Part shown: one piece after another, positions 50,375-59,833 of the stretch | How positions within the stretch are numbered: the stretch's first letter is position 1 | How the letters are laid out: every line of letters begins with the position of its first letter | Virus record (IMG/VR): IMGVR_UViG_3300034101_002201 | Coordinates: 32,348-96,347 of that record | Direction: 5' to 3' (one strand) | Length of the DNA stretch: 64,000 nucleotides | Source of the DNA: a virus | The notes under the pieces: generated by a model | Seen by the model: the letters and a program-made list of their open reading frames with translations, nothing else | Told to the model about the DNA's origin: nothing | Database searches by the model: none | Position numbers and translations under genes: made by a program

Positions 50375-53300
50375 CTAAGCCATTCTAGGCACAATTCCCG
50401 GATTACTCTTTAATTCACCATCTGTAGTTGCTCTAAGTGTATTAATTTTGTTCATTATTTCAGTTAAGATTTCATTCTTTACAGATTGTGATACACTAGC
50501 TAAAGCCTGCATACCAGTTAGATTTATATTTACATTGGTAGCATCTAATTTGATTTTAATTTCTGTACTTTTTAGGGCTTCAATATTTTTAGTTAAATCT
50601 CGGTTAAAAGTATTAAGAGCAGCGGTAAATATAGACATGGAATCAGAACTAGAACTTGGGCTTGGGCTTGGGCTTTCTGCATTCTTGCTACCAAATCTCC
50701 TATATCTAACCATTCCTCCGTCTGCCATCATCGCCGTTCCATTATTAGATACACCACTCGATCCATTGTTCATCGCTTGTAAAACACGTAAATTATTGCC
50801 TCTCTGAACAGCATTTCTATTAACTACAAATTCACCCGGAGTTAACATAGCTGGTATAGTATCTGTTCCCCTAGGTACAAATATACCATTACTAGCATAG
50901 AGTAATCCACCCTTTGCCATACCAACCGCATTTCCAGCTTCTCTGCCACGATTAACAACGTCTGCCAATTCTAATTTAGCAGCATTTACTATTACAGTCT
51001 CTGTCTGTACTTGCATTTCTGCCATTTCTGTTCCTAGTTGACCAGTTTCTCCAAGCATACCGCCTAATTGACGCAATCTGGATTTACTAGCTTCTTCTTC
51101 TGGTGTTGTACCAGATAATACTTGTGCTGCTCTTGCATCTCTTACACCCATGGAAGACAATGCAGCACCGGCAGCGGCTTCTGATAGACCTCCGGGACCG
51201 GCAAGTTGTTGACCATATAAAGTTTGTACGCCAGCCTCTTGTTGTCTTTGAATGTCCATAGACGCAGCACCAAGAGCCTGCGATCCATACAATTTCATTA
51301 GTCTTTCATCGCCACTAGCGATAGCAGCAGTAGCACCAACGGCAGATTGCTTTTTAAAGAACTCTTCTACATCACCCTTAACAAGAGATTCTAAAGAATC
51401 TTTTTCAAGTTTATTCTTTTCTTGAGTAATCTTGAGTTGATCTTCTTCTAGCTTGATTAATCCACGTATTGTTTCTATTTGAGTTCTATATGCTTTTTGT
51501 AAATCTTTTTGTGTTTCATCAGCTTCGACACCGGCAACACCCTGCATACCATTACGCTGGCTTTTTCTGGACTCTATATTACCAAACGCCCCACCAATTT
51601 CAGCATTCCTTCTTCTCAATTCTCCTATGTCGCCACTTTTCATAGCAGTTAAACCTAAACGAGATCCTTCAACATTAGATTTAGCTAATAAATTTCCTTT
51701 TCGTTCTTGGTTTGTTACTGCGCGACCACCATATTTTGCTTCAACTTCTCGCCCCTCCATTGTCAAGTCTAGAGCTTCTTGTTGAGCCTGCACTAAATTG
51801 CGTTCAGCTTCAATCCTTTGTTTAGTAAGTGATATCAGTTGTTGATTTATTTTGGCGGTTTGTTCAGCAACCTTTTTCGCTTCTTCAAGTGTCTTTTGAC
51901 CAGCTTCGTCAAGATATTTTTGAAACACACTAAGATCGCCACCTCTTAGTTTTGTCATATCATCATTTGATAGCTTGACATTACCAAGTACGTCTTGCAT
52001 TCGTTTTCTTACATCTTCACCTATACCAGCATTTTTTAATTGCTCGTCTAAATTCTTAGCAAACTTATCAGTGAATCCTTCTGCATTTAATCCACGGAAA
52101 TCAGCTTTACTAAAGTCTTTTTTAACTCCTTCGAATATTTCATTATAATTTGCAGATACGGCAGCAAAAGCTGCGGCATTTTCTTTAAACATTTGTACAG
52201 ATTTATCAGTAGCACCTAATTGTTCTAAATTTGCTGCAACATCATTGATAGCAGATTGAACATTTTTAGGATTCATGGCCTGACCAGCTTCGCTGAATGC
52301 CGCTTCAAGAGTTGCAACACCTTGAGTAATTGGAGTAGATCCAACTTCTAAACTATCTGCAAAAACAGATAAAGATGCAGCGGCAGCATTGGCAGTAGCT
52401 ACTGGGCCTCGCAAACCTAGATTTAACGCTTCAAATGCTTTTTTAGCTTTTGCAACTTCTTTGGCTATATTATCGAAGCCCTGTTTTAATTGAGTACTTC
52501 CTTGATTTACGAGAGAAAAATATAAACCGGGATTATTTTTCTTGATGTCTTCCATGACATCTTCAAATGATCCACCGGCTACAGCAAATTGTCTAGATAA
52601 AGCATTTATTGCTGGGGTACTTTGTTGTATTAATGCTTCTTGAGCTTTTTTATCGCCAGCAGACAATTCTTTATTTTCTTTGTCTATTCTTGTATTCCTC
52701 TGTTTGCCAGATTCTAACCCCATATAACCAGCTAGACCTAGTGTGCCAACTCTAGCTGTGCCACGCAGAAAACCCCCAACCATGCCACTCTTATTTTTTT
52801 CATTATCTGCAATAGCCTTTTTACTAGTTTCGCTATTTTTCATTACTTCTTGACCAGCCATGGCATTAGATGCTATAGCCTGAGAAGCCGTTATAGTTCC
52901 ATTCTCTAAGTCTTTCATTGCTTTAGTAACAGCTTCAGATCCATCGTTTAATGCTTTTTGTGTTTTTACTCCTTGAGCTTGCGCCGCAGCTAATGAACGA
53001 ATACTATCAGCTGTATTTCCACCAAATAAAGTTCCAATACCTATAGCAGCTTCTTTAATGTATGGTCCTATAATTGGAAGTTCGCTTCCTAATTTAAGAG
53101 CAGATGCTGTTGCTACTCCGACTGCTAATCCAAATGGACCAAAAAGTGAACTTATTCCAATTATAGTAGACCCTAAACCATTTATGGCTTCGGAGCCAGC
53201 TGCTTCTATGGCATTTGATTTAGCTTTTTCTACATTGCCATCTTGAATAGCCTTGTTAGCTTGACCTTGATAATCAACAAATGAGTCAATAACAGAAGTT

Positions 53301-56300
53301 ATTGCGGTAAATGCTAATCCTAAACCTATTGCTGGGCCACTCAATTTATTTAAATTTGTCAAACCCTTACCAGCTAAACCGCCAGCTTGTGCTGACACAG
53401 AAGCACCACTACCAATTACAGATTTGGCTGGGTTAGCTATTGTGGCAGATGCGCCCTTATAAAATTGAGAACCAGCCTTCGTAATCGTACCTCCAGCGGT
53501 AGATAATCCACTCTTTACCGCACCAACTCCGGGTATCTTAGATAGTGCATCCCCGCCAACACTCAAAGTTCTTCCTAATGCGCCACTGGCCTTTGTTGCA
53601 ATACCTTTGGAAGAACCAAAAATATTAGAAAATGTTGCATTTGGACTGTTCAATCCTGCACTAAATCCTCTGCCAATATTAGATTTATTTATAGCAGTGG
53701 CGGCTGTGGCACCTCTAGTAATTAAACTTTTTCCAGTATCTATAGTTGCTTGAGTTGCCCGTCCAGCTAATCCTATTCCTCTACTTAAACCGGCACCACC
53801 CGGAGCATCTACTCTTCCAGCCATTCCTCTTTTAAAGATGGTAGAAAAACTTTTTAGACCGGGAATTCCTCCTTTAATAGTAGAAAATAAATCTGTGAGC
53901 GATTTGGCACCACTCAAAAAATCTAAAGCATTTTGAGCTACCATTTTAGCTGTAGCTAAAGATAATTGTATATTCATTTGCTGTAGAGCTATAATAGATA
54001 TACCAATAGTAGAAGCTAAATTGCTAAAAGTGTTTAATAAAGTAGCACCGACTCTTTCAAATGCTGAACTATTTTCATCAATAACCGGAGTCAAAGAAGT
54101 GAGTGCAGCTTGTACAGCCGTTAATCCACCTAAAGAAAAATATAATGATTGTCCAAAATTCTGTACAAAGCCAGATGATTTGTTCTGAGATTCAGCATTG
54201 CTATCTACCGCTTTTGTTTGCGCGATTTGTGCTTTTGTTAAAGCTTCTGCTTGTTGAGTTAAAGAGTCTAATCCAACGAATGCAACTATGCCGGGATTGC
54301 TTTTGCTACTTGCCGGTTGCGCCCCAGCCATTGGTGTACCACTAGCAAATTTTTGAACAATTCCTCCGCTGGCATATCTTCCAACTTTATTCATACGGTT
54401 TAGATTACCGTAACCAATATTCTGGGCGGATGAGCGATTAATAACAAACTCGCCGGGGGTTAATAGGGCGGGAACGGTGTCAGTTCCAACTCCACCGCCC
54501 TTTGCAAACTGTTGCACATCCATCCAAAGATTTTTACGCCCCATCATATCAACAAGCTTGGAACTATTGATCTTAAATCGTGAACCGGGCTGTAGTGTAA
54601 ATTCACTTTCTGATTCTGGGGGTTTTTGATAAAATGTTTCCATTTTACCAGTTCTGGGATTCAAGGCTTGTTTAGAACCACCAACTTTTCTACCACTTAG
54701 TTGTTTCTCAACATCAACTCCCATAGCGTTCTTTTTAGTCATGATGGTCATCATTGCTGCCCATTTGTCTTCTGAGCGATCAGCATTATCCAAGAACATT
54801 TTGGCTTTATTCATTTCCTTACTAGTAGAAAGGAAACCAGATAGTTTAAATGTTCTTCCAATTATTTTTTTGGCTTCTTGATCATAATACTTTTCTCTAT
54901 CAAATAATCTAGTACCTTCTGGAATTTTAGGATTTTTATTAAGTCCAGTTTGGTTTGCCATCGAATCAAATGCATTGCGGGATATGGAACTATATAATAG
55001 TTTTGGTGCAGCAGATCTTAAAGATCTCATATCACGAATTTTATCAGCAGTTTCTTTTCTGTCGGATGAATATAAAGAGTTTCCTTCAAAGAAACTTTGT
55101 AGAGTGTTTTTAGGATCTCTAGCAACACCCCCGCCTTTGGCAAACTTTTGAATAAGTCCACCAAAGAACTTCTTTCTTGGTCCTTTTGGATTATCAAATT
55201 CTGATCTACCCTTACTAGTTCCTTCCATAGAAAGAACTCTTTTCTTCAGTGCTTGAAATGTTCCACTAGTATTAACTTGTTCAGCAAGAGTATTCATTGT
55301 TTTTCTAGATGCTATATCATTCAATATGCTACTATCTAAAGTCTTTTTAGCATCGGTTGGCTTGTCTGCTAGTTCTGAAAATGCTTTAAATTGCCCCAAA
55401 TGACTACCAATACCCATGGGAAAATCGAAAGCATCTCTATCTTGTTTGCCTCTATTTGCATCAAATGGCGCACCAAGACTACTTACAGCCGCTTCAAAAA
55501 TTTTGCCAGTAGCATCTTCTAATCCTATTGATTTAATTACATTTTGGTTAAAAGCACCAATAGCGGTTGGAAGGCCAACGGAAGAAGCTAATTGAGAAGC
55601 TACGTTTGGTATTATGCCTGTATAAGCATTTGTAAGAGAAGTTTTTATACCTTGTTCAACAGAAGAGTCTGAATTTTTTGTAGAAGGGAAAGACACCCCC
55701 TTAGTTGTAAATGTTTGTCGGTTTTTACCCCCAAAAGCTATTCTACTAACTAATTTTTCTAATCTATTTCCGAAAGTTAATCCATCTGGAGCTTCTTTGC
55801 GGTCCATTAAATTTTGTAGTTTACCGCTTTTATCAGTAAGTTTTAAGTTTCCAGATATGCCACCAGCAAGTTGATTATTGTTAGATAATGTAGCAAGAAT
55901 ATCTTTTACAGTAACAGTTCCTTTACCAGTAGCCTGCGAATCCATAGGATTTAAAGCTATTGCTCCAACAGTTCCGCCCATAGCATACCGATTATTATTC
56001 ATCGCCGCAAGTGTACCAGCACCCATTTTATTAACGCTACTCTTGCGTATAACAAATTCGCCGGGAGCTAACATCGCAGGAACAGTATCACTATTACCGG
56101 TGCCGGGAACTAAACCGCCTCTTGCAAATCCAAGAACTTTTCCGCCCTTATTATATGTTCGTCCAGATGTAGCACCGCTCATTATTCCACCAAAAAATCC
56201 ACCTAAACCTTTGGCAACTTTAAAAGCTGCTAATGCTGCTAGCATTGGAAGTAAAGGCTTAATAGAATCTGCGATCTTAATTAATGCTGAAGCTAAAGAT

Positions 56301-57499
56301 AGAGCAGAATTAGCCATGATTTGAAATGTAGAAGTTTCAGTAACACTGCGGATTAACGCAAGGAACTCTTCTCTAACTTTCATAATCCTAATGGCAAGTG
56401 CGGCTTGTGCTGATGCGGCATCTTGTGTTAAAGAATCACCAGCCTTCATGGCAACATTAAGAGCGGACTGAGCGGTAGAGAATTGCTGTAAAAGTGGAAG
56501 AACTTTACCAATCTGTCGGAATCCACCAAGCTCTTCAGCAATACTAATAAATGTAAGATCGCCCTCCCCCAATCCAGACAAAGCTTCACTTAATCGTCTG
56601 ATGGCTTCATATGGGCCAACGAACTTGCCATTAAGATCCACTAATTCCACGCCAAATTGTTTTAAGAATTCAATAGTTTTGGGACGTTGAATACGTGTAA
56701 AAATAGTACGTAAACCAGTACCAATACTTTCAGCACTTTCTCGCGTTGTGGCTCTAACACTAGTAAATAATGCTAATAGTTCATTTAAGTCACCGCCCGA
56801 TGCCTTAAACACACCACCTGTTCTACGAACAACGTCAATTAAGTCGCTGGCTTCTACGGCAAATGCACCGGCAACAGCATTGATAGAACCAAGTTGCTTT
56901 TCTAATGCTCCAACACCCTGACCAAATTGAGCAAGAATAGCAATAGCACCTTCTGCTGTTTCTGTTATACTATCAAAGTTAGGAGCAAGAGCAGCTTTTG
57001 CTAATGTTCTTAAGGCAATAGAAGTATCTTCAGCTGTTAGACCGGCTTGAGCTAATACGGTAGAAACTTCTAATAAATCTGACGAAGCGACACCAAAACC
57101 TGTAGATAAATTAGTTATCTGCTTAGTAAGACCACGAAGCTGGCTTATACTTTTGCCTGTTACTTGGCTTACTTTAATCAATTGGCGTTCAAAATCAATA
57201 GCTGTCTCTACCGCACTCCCAAGAGTACTAGTAAATAAACTAACTGCCCTAGTTGCAATAGAAAAAGCAGCAAACCGCCTAATAGAAAGGGCAAATGCTT
57301 TACCCATTCTTTCGGCGGCTGTTGTTGCTTGATTAGAGGCTTGAGCTACTTGCTGAATTTGCTTTTGAGCTTGTACCGCCCCCTGTACTTGTACATTGAC
57401 GGTAACGCCCTGTAATTGTTGTTGTATTTGTTGTACAACTTGTTTAACATTATTAGGAGCTTGTAGCTGTAATTGTGCGGTCAGTACGAACTTGGACAT
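50375..57499 (-). CDS. tail tape measure protein with internal cargo domains
   Basis: 2374 aa; TP901-like core (DFERQL, LAQAG, RESAESIGTGLRTIFTR, GGFRQ), hydrophobic segments, coiled coils, three DT(V/I)PA(M/L)LxPGEFV modules. Confidence 0.92.
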   Translation of the reverse strand: MSKFVLTAQLQLQAPNNVKQVVQQIQQQLQGVTVNVQVQGAVQAQKQIQQVAQASNQATTAAERMGKAFALSIRRFAAFSIATRAVSLFTSTLGSAVETAIDFERQLIKVSQVTGKSISQLRGLTKQITNLSTGFGVASSDLLEVSTVLAQAGLTAEDTSIALRTLAKAALAPNFDSITETAEGAIAILAQFGQGVGALEKQLGSINAVAGAFAVEASDLIDVVRRTGGVFKASGGDLNELLALFTSVRATTRESAESIGTGLRTIFTRIQRPKTIEFLKQFGVELVDLNGKFVGPYEAIRRLSEALSGLGEGDLTFISIAEELGGFRQIGKVLPLLQQFSTAQSALNVAMKAGDSLTQDAASAQAALAIRIMKVREEFLALIRSVTETSTFQIMANSALSLASALIKIADSIKPLLPMLAALAAFKVAKGLGGFFGGIMSGATSGRTYNKGGKVLGFARGGLVPGTGNSDTVPAMLAPGEFVIRKSSVNKMGAGTLAAMNNNRYAMGGTVGAIALNPMDSQATGKGTVTVKDILATLSNNNQLAGGISGNLKLTDKSGKLQNLMDRKEAPDGLTFGNRLEKLVSRIAFGGKNRQTFTTKGVSFPSTKNSDSSVEQGIKTSLTNAYTGIIPNVASQLASSVGLPTAIGAFNQNVIKSIGLEDATGKIFEAAVSSLGAPFDANRGKQDRDAFDFPMGIGSHLGQFKAFSELADKPTDAKKTLDSSILNDIASRKTMNTLAEQVNTSGTFQALKKRVLSMEGTSKGRSEFDNPKGPRKKFFGGLIQKFAKGGGVARDPKNTLQSFFEGNSLYSSDRKETADKIRDMRSLRSAAPKLLYSSISRNAFDSMANQTGLNKNPKIPEGTRLFDREKYYDQEAKKIIGRTFKLSGFLSTSKEMNKAKMFLDNADRSEDKWAAMMTIMTKKNAMGVDVEKQLSGRKVGGSKQALNPRTGKMETFYQKPPESESEFTLQPGSRFKINSSKLVDMMGRKNLWMDVQQFAKGGGVGTDTVPALLTPGEFVINRSSAQNIGYGNLNRMNKVGRYASGGIVQKFASGTPMAGAQPASSKSNPGIVAFVGLDSLTQQAEALTKAQIAQTKAVDSNAESQNKSSGFVQNFGQSLYFSLGGLTAVQAALTSLTPVIDENSSAFERVGATLLNTFSNLASTIGISIIALQQMNIQLSLATAKMVAQNALDFLSGAKSLTDLFSTIKGGIPGLKSFSTIFKRGMAGRVDAPGGAGLSRGIGLAGRATQATIDTGKSLITRGATAATAINKSNIGRGFSAGLNSPNATFSNIFGSSKGIATKASGALGRTLSVGGDALSKIPGVGAVKSGLSTAGGTITKAGSQFYKGASATIANPAKSVIGSGASVSAQAGGLAGKGLTNLNKLSGPAIGLGLAFTAITSVIDSFVDYQGQANKAIQDGNVEKAKSNAIEAAGSEAINGLGSTIIGISSLFGPFGLAVGVATASALKLGSELPIIGPYIKEAAIGIGTLFGGNTADSIRSLAAAQAQGVKTQKALNDGSEAVTKAMKDLENGTITASQAIASNAMAGQEVMKNSETSKKAIADNEKNKSGMVGGFLRGTARVGTLGLAGYMGLESGKQRNTRIDKENKELSAGDKKAQEALIQQSTPAINALSRQFAVAGGSFEDVMEDIKKNNPGLYFSLVNQGSTQLKQGFDNIAKEVAKAKKAFEALNLGLRGPVATANAAAASLSVFADSLEVGSTPITQGVATLEAAFSEAGQAMNPKNVQSAINDVAANLEQLGATDKSVQMFKENAAAFAAVSANYNEIFEGVKKDFSKADFRGLNAEGFTDKFAKNLDEQLKNAGIGEDVRKRMQDVLGNVKLSNDDMTKLRGGDLSVFQKYLDEAGQKTLEEAKKVAEQTAKINQQLISLTKQRIEAERNLVQAQQEALDLTMEGREVEAKYGGRAVTNQERKGNLLAKSNVEGSRLGLTAMKSGDIGELRRRNAEIGGAFGNIESRKSQRNGMQGVAGVEADETQKDLQKAYRTQIETIRGLIKLEEDQLKITQEKNKLEKDSLESLVKGDVEEFFKKQSAVGATAAIASGDERLMKLYGSQALGAASMDIQRQQEAGVQTLYGQQLAGPGGLSEAAAGAALSSMGVRDARAAQVLSGTTPEEEASKSRLRQLGGMLGETGQLGTEMAEMQVQTETVIVNAAKLELADVVNRGREAGNAVGMAKGGLLYASNGIFVPRGTDTIPAMLTPGEFVVNRNAVQRGNNLRVLQAMNNGSSGVSNNGTAMMADGGMVRYRRFGSKNAESPSPSPSSSSDSMSIFTAALNTFNRDLTKNIEALKSTEIKIKLDATNVNINLTGMQALASVSQSVKNEILTEIMNKINTLRATTDGELKSNPGIVPRMA
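54443..56155 (-). repeat. two DTVPAxLxPGEFV modules and AxGG motifs flanking the TMP cargo region
   Basis: Copies at 56051-56128 and 54443-54508; third copy at 50825-50920. Confidence 0.85.
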
Positions 57500-57531
57500 A
57501 ATTCTCCTTTACTGATGCCACACAACTCTAT

Positions 57532-58425
57532 CTATTCACTTTCCGTTGCTGTTGACTTCTTTTTTTTAGTGGGTTTTTCGTCATCTTCTGAGTCATCAGA
57601 ATTTAACTTAATTTCTTTATCGTTATCATCTACGTAGGTTAAATCTGGAATATAATTGCCATTTTCGTCAAGAACGTTACCATCCTTGTCTACTCTCTTA
57701 CCATCTCCATTTAACCAATAACCCTGCTTATCTATTCTACGACCGTCTGTATCTACTGTTTCTCCCTTGTCATTTACAAGGCTTAAATCCTCATTAACAA
57801 AGTGGAACATCTTGAGAAATTTATTCTCTGGAAGTTTAGCCTCAAAATCCTTATCTACAGAATACATCATACCGGCTAGAGCAGAAGCGGCCATAAATGC
57901 AACTTCGTCATCTGACCTTTCTTTATAGTCATCCATATCATTATACACTTTCTGACCATTTTCATAATATGTACAATTTGCTACTAGGTAATCAAACCTT
58001 ACATTATCAGAAATGGCCTCGGCTGTGTTTTGTTCAAGACTGATTTTTTCCGCAATTAAGTCCCTTAATTCATTTCTTTTAATTCTCATATCAATGGCTA
58101 TTTTTTTGCCTTCAGAAGCTTTTAGCTTTTTGCCAGAAGATCCACTGACATAAAGCCTTTTTTCTAAATCTGCTATTTCTTGAACTACTTTTTTCTGTTC
58201 CTCGTCTTTGCCTTCATCCCAAATACCTTGCTGTTTCATGAACTTTTCTAGTTCTTTTTTGGTCATAATTCCATCTCTAACACAATCTGTCCAAGCCTTT
58301 GCTCCAACTCTTTGTGCTTGTGATATTAATGAGCTACTTGGACGTTTAACTACTAACTTAGTAACTTCTTCTTTTCCACTCTTTGTTCTTTTTACTTCTA
58401 CTATTTTTTCCTTTTCCTGTAACAT
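57532..58425 (-). CDS. putative tail assembly chaperone with DxxG repeats
   Basis: Immediately upstream of the TMP; GGAGGA RBS before ATG at 58425; paralogous to the 58802-59833 gene. Confidence 0.6.
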   Translation of the reverse strand: MLQEKEKIVEVKRTKSGKEEVTKLVVKRPSSSLISQAQRVGAKAWTDCVRDGIMTKKELEKFMKQQGIWDEGKDEEQKKVVQEIADLEKRLYVSGSSGKKLKASEGKKIAIDMRIKRNELRDLIAEKISLEQNTAEAISDNVRFDYLVANCTYYENGQKVYNDMDDYKERSDDEVAFMAASALAGMMYSVDKDFEAKLPENKFLKMFHFVNEDLSLVNDKGETVDTDGRRIDKQGYWLNGDGKRVDKDGNVLDENGNYIPDLTYVDDNDKEIKLNSDDSEDDEKPTKKKKSTATESE

Positions 58426-58437
58426 CGTTTCCTCCAA

Positions 58438-58791
58438 TTATTTGTTATTAGGGTTTATCACTGGTATTTTCATCTGATATCTCATCCACTCTACTTCATA
58501 CTGAGCTAATTCAGCATCAATATTTCTTGCTTGATTATTGCCACGATCTAAAATTTCTGACCGTACTTTGTTATACATGGTCTTCATTTCTTCTTGGTCT
58601 TTTGTCAATGGCTTTCCATCTATATTATTCCATAGAAAACCAAAATTTTCTTCTATTGTACTTAAAGCTCCTATCATAGTAGTTTGAATTTTTTTTTTCA
58701 AAATCTTTGATAGTCTGTCTTTAGAATCACTTTTATATTTTGATTCTCTAATTTTTTTGTAATCTTGGGGTGTAATATTTTCCGAGTCCAT
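58438..58791 (-). CDS. hypothetical helical protein in the tail chaperone region
   Basis: 117 aa, AGGAG RBS. Confidence 0.65.
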   Translation of the reverse strand: MDSENITPQDYKKIRESKYKSDSKDRLSKILKKKIQTTMIGALSTIEENFGFLWNNIDGKPLTKDQEEMKTMYNKVRSEILDRGNNQARNIDAELAQYEVEWMRYQMKIPVINPNNK

Positions 58792-58801
58792 TTTTTCTCC
58801 T

Positions 58802-59833
58802 TTATCTTCCCATGAGCTTGTTACTAGCCATCATCTTTAAATTTTGTTGTTGATCTGGCAAGTCTTGTTCAGAAACTGAACCTCTAGATTGTATAGTTTT
58901 ATTTCTTTGTGCTTTTATCATATTTCCAACTGGCCCATTTAACATTTCAACATTTTTTCGTTTTGTATCATTATTAGAAACTACATAAACTTCTGAAGCA
59001 TTCTTTATTTTATCATTTTGAACTTCATTATCTAGTTCTCTTTCTAATCTTTCCTTTTCTCTCTTCTTGGATTGTATAATAAACCAGCCATCAAGCATAT
59101 CATCGTCATCTATAACGTTTTTTTCTGGACAGTCTAAAGATTCTTGTATATTATCATACATCTTAGACCACACCAGCAGACTCTTTTGATTATATGTTAA
59201 TTCTGTATTCGGTGGGTTGGAAAATAAAGAAATATTGTTATCTTTAATAATCCATAATGATTTCCAAGGATCGTTTCTAGCTAATTCTCTAGATTTTGTA
59301 TCTGACACAAAACTATTCTGCCATTCATCAACAATATATTGTAAAGAGATATCTTCAAAATCATATATTTGATTATCACGATATGTGGTATTTTTTATTA
59401 TCCATGCTAATTTTTCCGCCGATGCTACCCCCTCACATGTATTTTGATGATATAAGTGTTTTTTATGAATATGCAATGATAATTGAGTTTCTGCGGATCT
59501 AAGATATGATCTAATTTTTTTAACAAGTTGATCATCAATTCGTGAATTAAAAATTTCAACTTTTAATTTTTCTATATCCTGCTTGATTCCTTCTTCTATT
59601 TTATCATCTACGGCGGTCCAAAGGTCATTTTCAAGCATCCAAGAATTCATATCATCTTCTGTCATAATTTCTTCAGAATAAGCTTTGTAGTAAGCTTCGT
59701 CATAAACTTTGCAAGCTTTAAAAGATTGTTCAATAGTTTGTGGTCTAATCTCAAGATCTATCTTATTATGAGATATAAACACTTTGCCGCATCGTATCAT
59801 AGAAATTAATAACTCCCGCTCATGATATTTCAT
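58802..59833 (-). CDS. putative tail assembly chaperone
   Basis: Lies between tube and TMP; N-terminal domain aligns with the 57532 gene; start ATG 59833 or GTG 59848. Confidence 0.55.
   Translation of the reverse strand: MKYHERELLISMIRCGKVFISHNKIDLEIRPQTIEQSFKACKVYDEAYYKAYSEEIMTEDDMNSWMLENDLWTAVDDKIEEGIKQDIEKLKVEIFNSRIDDQLVKKIRSYLRSAETQLSLHIHKKHLYHQNTCEGVASAEKLAWIIKNTTYRDNQIYDFEDISLQYIVDEWQNSFVSDTKSRELARNDPWKSLWIIKDNNISLFSNPPNTELTYNQKSLLVWSKMYDNIQESLDCPEKNVIDDDDMLDGWFIIQSKKREKERLERELDNEVQNDKIKNASEVYVVSNNDTKRKNVEMLNGPVGNMIKAQRNKTIQSRGSVSEQDLPDQQQNLKMMASNKLMGR

Noticed and set aside
50655-50675. (CTTGGG)3 microsatellite
   Set aside because: In-frame Ser-Pro linker in the TMP C-terminus; too short to imply phase variation
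55878-56324. Antisense ORFs in the track (e.g. 148 aa here, 172 aa at 18464-18982)
   Set aside because: They lie opposite well-supported genes and show no RBS or motifs; shadow ORFs
58425-58440. Stop readthrough or recoding between in-frame adjacent ORFs (also at 6252-6257)
   Set aside because: Both stops are TAA, the downstream genes have their own ATG (with GGAGGA at 58430-58435), and standard-code coding density is already near complete
58689-58698. A10 slippery run in the 117-aa gene as a tail-chaperone frameshift
   Set aside because: The -1 frame stops after about 20 codons and reaches no downstream ORF
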